Assembly (NCBI GenBank): GCA_021736135.1
Contig: JAIPGO010000094.1
Span: 1-17,303, forward strand
DNA length: 17,303 nt
Origin: Candidatus Cloacimonadota bacterium
GTDB taxonomy: Bacteria; Cloacimonadota; Cloacimonadia; Cloacimonadales; TCS61
Direction of reading: 5' to 3'
In this document: in pieces, positions 15,466 to 17,303 of the stretch
Position numbering within the stretch: the first letter of the stretch is position 1
Layout: every line of letters starts with the position of its first letter
Notes under the pieces: generated by a model
What the model was told of the DNA's origin: nothing
The model's database searches: none
The model's input: the letters and a program-made list of their open reading frames with translations, nothing else
Translations under genes and position numbers: made by a program

Positions 15466-16422
15466 TTATTTTCTCTTGGTTGCTTTACTTCTACTATTGA
15501 AATATCCCACCAGGATGGGACTGGCAATGAAGATGGAAGAATAGGTACCTACAACAACTCCAATCAACAAGGCAAAGGCAAAATCATGAATAACCGAACC
15601 ACCGAATATATAAAGACAGAGCACAACCAGGAAAGTAGTTAGAGATGTAATGATTGTTCTGCTCAAAGTTTCATTGATGGAACGATTGATGATTTCGGCA
15701 TAACCCAGCTTGCGGTATTTCTTGATATCTTCTCTAATGCGGTCAAACACAACGATAGTATCATTTAGAGAATAACCCACAATAGTTAGTAAGGCTGCCA
15801 CGACAGGCAAACTTATTTCTTTGCCAAAAATGGCAAAGATACCTACGGTAATTAAAATATCATGAACCAGTGCTGCAATAGCAGCAATACCGAAAGTGAA
15901 TTCAAAACGCCACCAGATGTAGATGATAATTCCCAGCAATGCCCAGAAAATCGCCAGTATGGCTTTTCCCTTCAATTCTTCACCTATACGGGGTCCAACT
16001 TCGTTCTGCTGATACAAAAAAGTTTCTTCCTTATAATTACCGGGAAATTTATTCTTGAGAATGTTTTTTATTAAGTCACCTTTAGTAAATCCGGTTTCGG
16101 CTTGTTCATTGCCGCTTACTTTCGTTTTTACAAGAATGAGACGATGGTCTTGCAGGTCATGCAGTTCCTGGATTTCAGCATCGTCTATTCCTTCGGAAGT
16201 CAAGGCATCACGAATATCCTGAATAGCAACGTCGCCAAATTCTGCAGATACCGGAGTCATATCAAGTTCCAGTGATACTCCACCCGTGAAATCAATGCTG
16301 TATTTCATTCCGCTGACAATCAAAAAAATGATGCCCAGCAGGATGATGACACCAGAAATGGTAAAAGCTATTTTTCTACTGCCTATAAAGTCTATGTTAG
16401 TTTGTCCAAAAAATTTCATCAT
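15466..16422 (-). CDS. secF: Protein translocase subunit SecF.
   Basis: MMKFFGQTNIDFIGSRKIAFTISGVIILLGIIF...YSIDFTGG; six TM segments. SecD/SecF family C-terminal motifs (LHDILITVGIFAIFG, NDTIVVFDRIRE). Directly downstream of secD. Confidence 0.9.
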   Translation of the reverse strand: MMKFFGQTNIDFIGSRKIAFTISGVIILLGIIFLIVSGMKYSIDFTGGVSLELDMTPVSAEFGDVAIQDIRDALTSEGIDDAEIQELHDLQDHRLILVKTKVSGNEQAETGFTKGDLIKNILKNKFPGNYKEETFLYQQNEVGPRIGEELKGKAILAIFWALLGIIIYIWWRFEFTFGIAAIAALVHDILITVGIFAIFGKEISLPVVAALLTIVGYSLNDTIVVFDRIREDIKKYRKLGYAEIINRSINETLSRTIITSLTTFLVVLCLYIFGGSVIHDFAFALLIGVVVGTYSSIFIASPILVGYFNSRSKATKRK

Positions 16423-16427
16423 ACCCC

Positions 16428-17303
16428 CTATATACTCAGTTTTTCCCTGTTGACATTGGTAACCATTCCGTCAAAGATCGCTTTCGATAATACGATAGCA
16501 GCGAACATTGAGCCAACTATACCAATAGAGAGAGTAACCGCGAATCCCTTGATTGGACCTGTACCAAACTGATAAAGCACCAGTGCGGTTATCAGTGTTG
16601 TGATATTTGCATCAAGGATTGTAACCAGAGCTCGTGAGAAGCCGGCATCTACTGCTGAACGTATTGTTTTTCCGGAAGCTATTTCTTCCCTGATACGCTC
16701 AAAAATAATCACGTTGGCATCAACTGCCATACCGATTGTTAGAATAAGACCTGCAATACCAGGCATTGTTAAAGTTCCCTGCAATGATGTAAGTACTGCC
16801 AGGATGAAGCCCATATTTACTATGAGTCCTATTATGGCTATCAGTCCGGATAACCCGTAATAAACCAGCATAAAGATAACAACCAGAACCAGACCCAGAA
16901 TTGCTGCTTGAACTCCAGCACGGATACTGTCATTACCAAGGCTTGGTCCCACAGTTCTTTCTTCGATCGGAACCACTGGCGCAGGCAGATTACCTGATTC
17001 CAGAACAATTACCAGATCCTGAACTTCTGCTAATGTGAAATTGCCTGTGATCTGAGCCTGTCCACTGGGAATCCTGTCCTGAATAACCGGAGCCACATAA
17101 ACCACATCATCCAACACAATTGCCAGACGACGCTTGATGTTTTCTCCAGTTACCTTCTTAAATTTCTTGGCACCTTCACGGTTAAATTCTAATGATACAT
17201 AAGCCTTACCGCTGGTCTTGGGATCATATCCCTGACCAATCTTTGCCATTGCTTTATCAAGAAGATCACCGCTTAGTTCGGATTTTGCATGCAGAATATA
17301 AAC
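16428..17303 (-). CDS. secD: Protein translocase subunit SecD (C-terminal part; the 5' end lies beyond the window edge).
   Basis: The reading frame stays open to the last base of the window (VYILHAKSELSGDLLDKAMAKIGQG...). SecD periplasmic and TM motifs (LGLDLRGG-like region absent here; TVGPSLGNDSIRAGVQAAILGLVLVVIFMLVYY, NVIIFERIREE). The track's M at 17249 is internal, not the start. Confidence 0.9.
   Translation of the reverse strand, partial: VYILHAKSELSGDLLDKAMAKIGQGYDPKTSGKAYVSLEFNREGAKKFKKVTGENIKRRLAIVLDDVVYVAPVIQDRIPSGQAQITGNFTLAEVQDLVIVLESGNLPAPVVPIEERTVGPSLGNDSIRAGVQAAILGLVLVVIFMLVYYGLSGLIAIIGLIVNMGFILAVLTSLQGTLTMPGIAGLILTIGMAVDANVIIFERIREEIASGKTIRSAVDAGFSRALVTILDANITTLITALVLYQFGTGPIKGFAVTLSIGIVGSMFAAIVLSKAIFDGMVTNVNREKLSI

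Noticed and set aside
1-17303. Search for mobile elements, CRISPR arrays, tRNA/rRNA genes, defence-system hallmarks (nucleases, ATPases, methyltransferases)
   Set aside because: No transposase or integrase-like ORFs and no short regularly spaced repeats. No cloverleaf-compatible segments were noticed in the intergenic regions, and no nuclease, ATPase or methyltransferase motifs. The window is housekeeping (lpx, sec, manA, flotillin) plus the secreted-protein cluster.

Overview
This ~17.3 kb window is from a Gram-negative bacterium of roughly 42% GC by eye. Two proteins end in type-A T9SS C-terminal sorting domains, and LpxC and FabZ are fused into one polypeptide. Those two traits together suggest the FCB group (Bacteroidota, Cloacimonadota or a relative). 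The sequence does not support a finer call.

Gene layout, left to right:
- 150-6851 (+): four tightly packed genes for large secreted or surface proteins of unknown function. Genes 2-4 begin with MKK-type signal peptides. Genes 2 and 4 end in T9SS sorting domains. Genes 1 and 3 carry FN3-like segments. Genes 1, 3 and 4 share an uncharacterised ~65-90-aa module with a [IV]x[KR]W-xxTQx[WY] core. A strong intrinsic terminator closes the cluster.
- 6852-7407: a ~550-bp non-coding region holding a 23-bp near-perfect palindrome built from three copies of the 10-mer ATCACATAAT.
- 7408-9473 (+): a two-gene membrane module. A short YqiJ/YuaF-like NfeD protein with an unusual (Asp-X)9 acidic repeat sits directly upstream of a flotillin (SPFH/band-7, FloT/YqiK-like).
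- 9674-10894 (+): type I mannose-6-phosphate isomerase (ManA).
- 10917-11453 (-): a small secreted ricin-B-type (QxW) beta-trefoil lectin, convergent with manA.
- 11646-15404 (+): the conserved outer-membrane biogenesis operon skp(ompH)-lpxD-lpxC/fabZ-lpxA, ending in a bidirectional terminator.
- 15466-17303 (-): secF, then secD running off the window edge.

I found no rRNA, tRNA, CRISPR array, transposase or integrase. Most of the small overlapping ORFs in the six-frame track are antisense artefacts of the genes above.

The candidate for something new is the 150-6851 secreted/T9SS cargo cluster and its recurring module, followed by the palindromic element and the acid-repeat NfeD.
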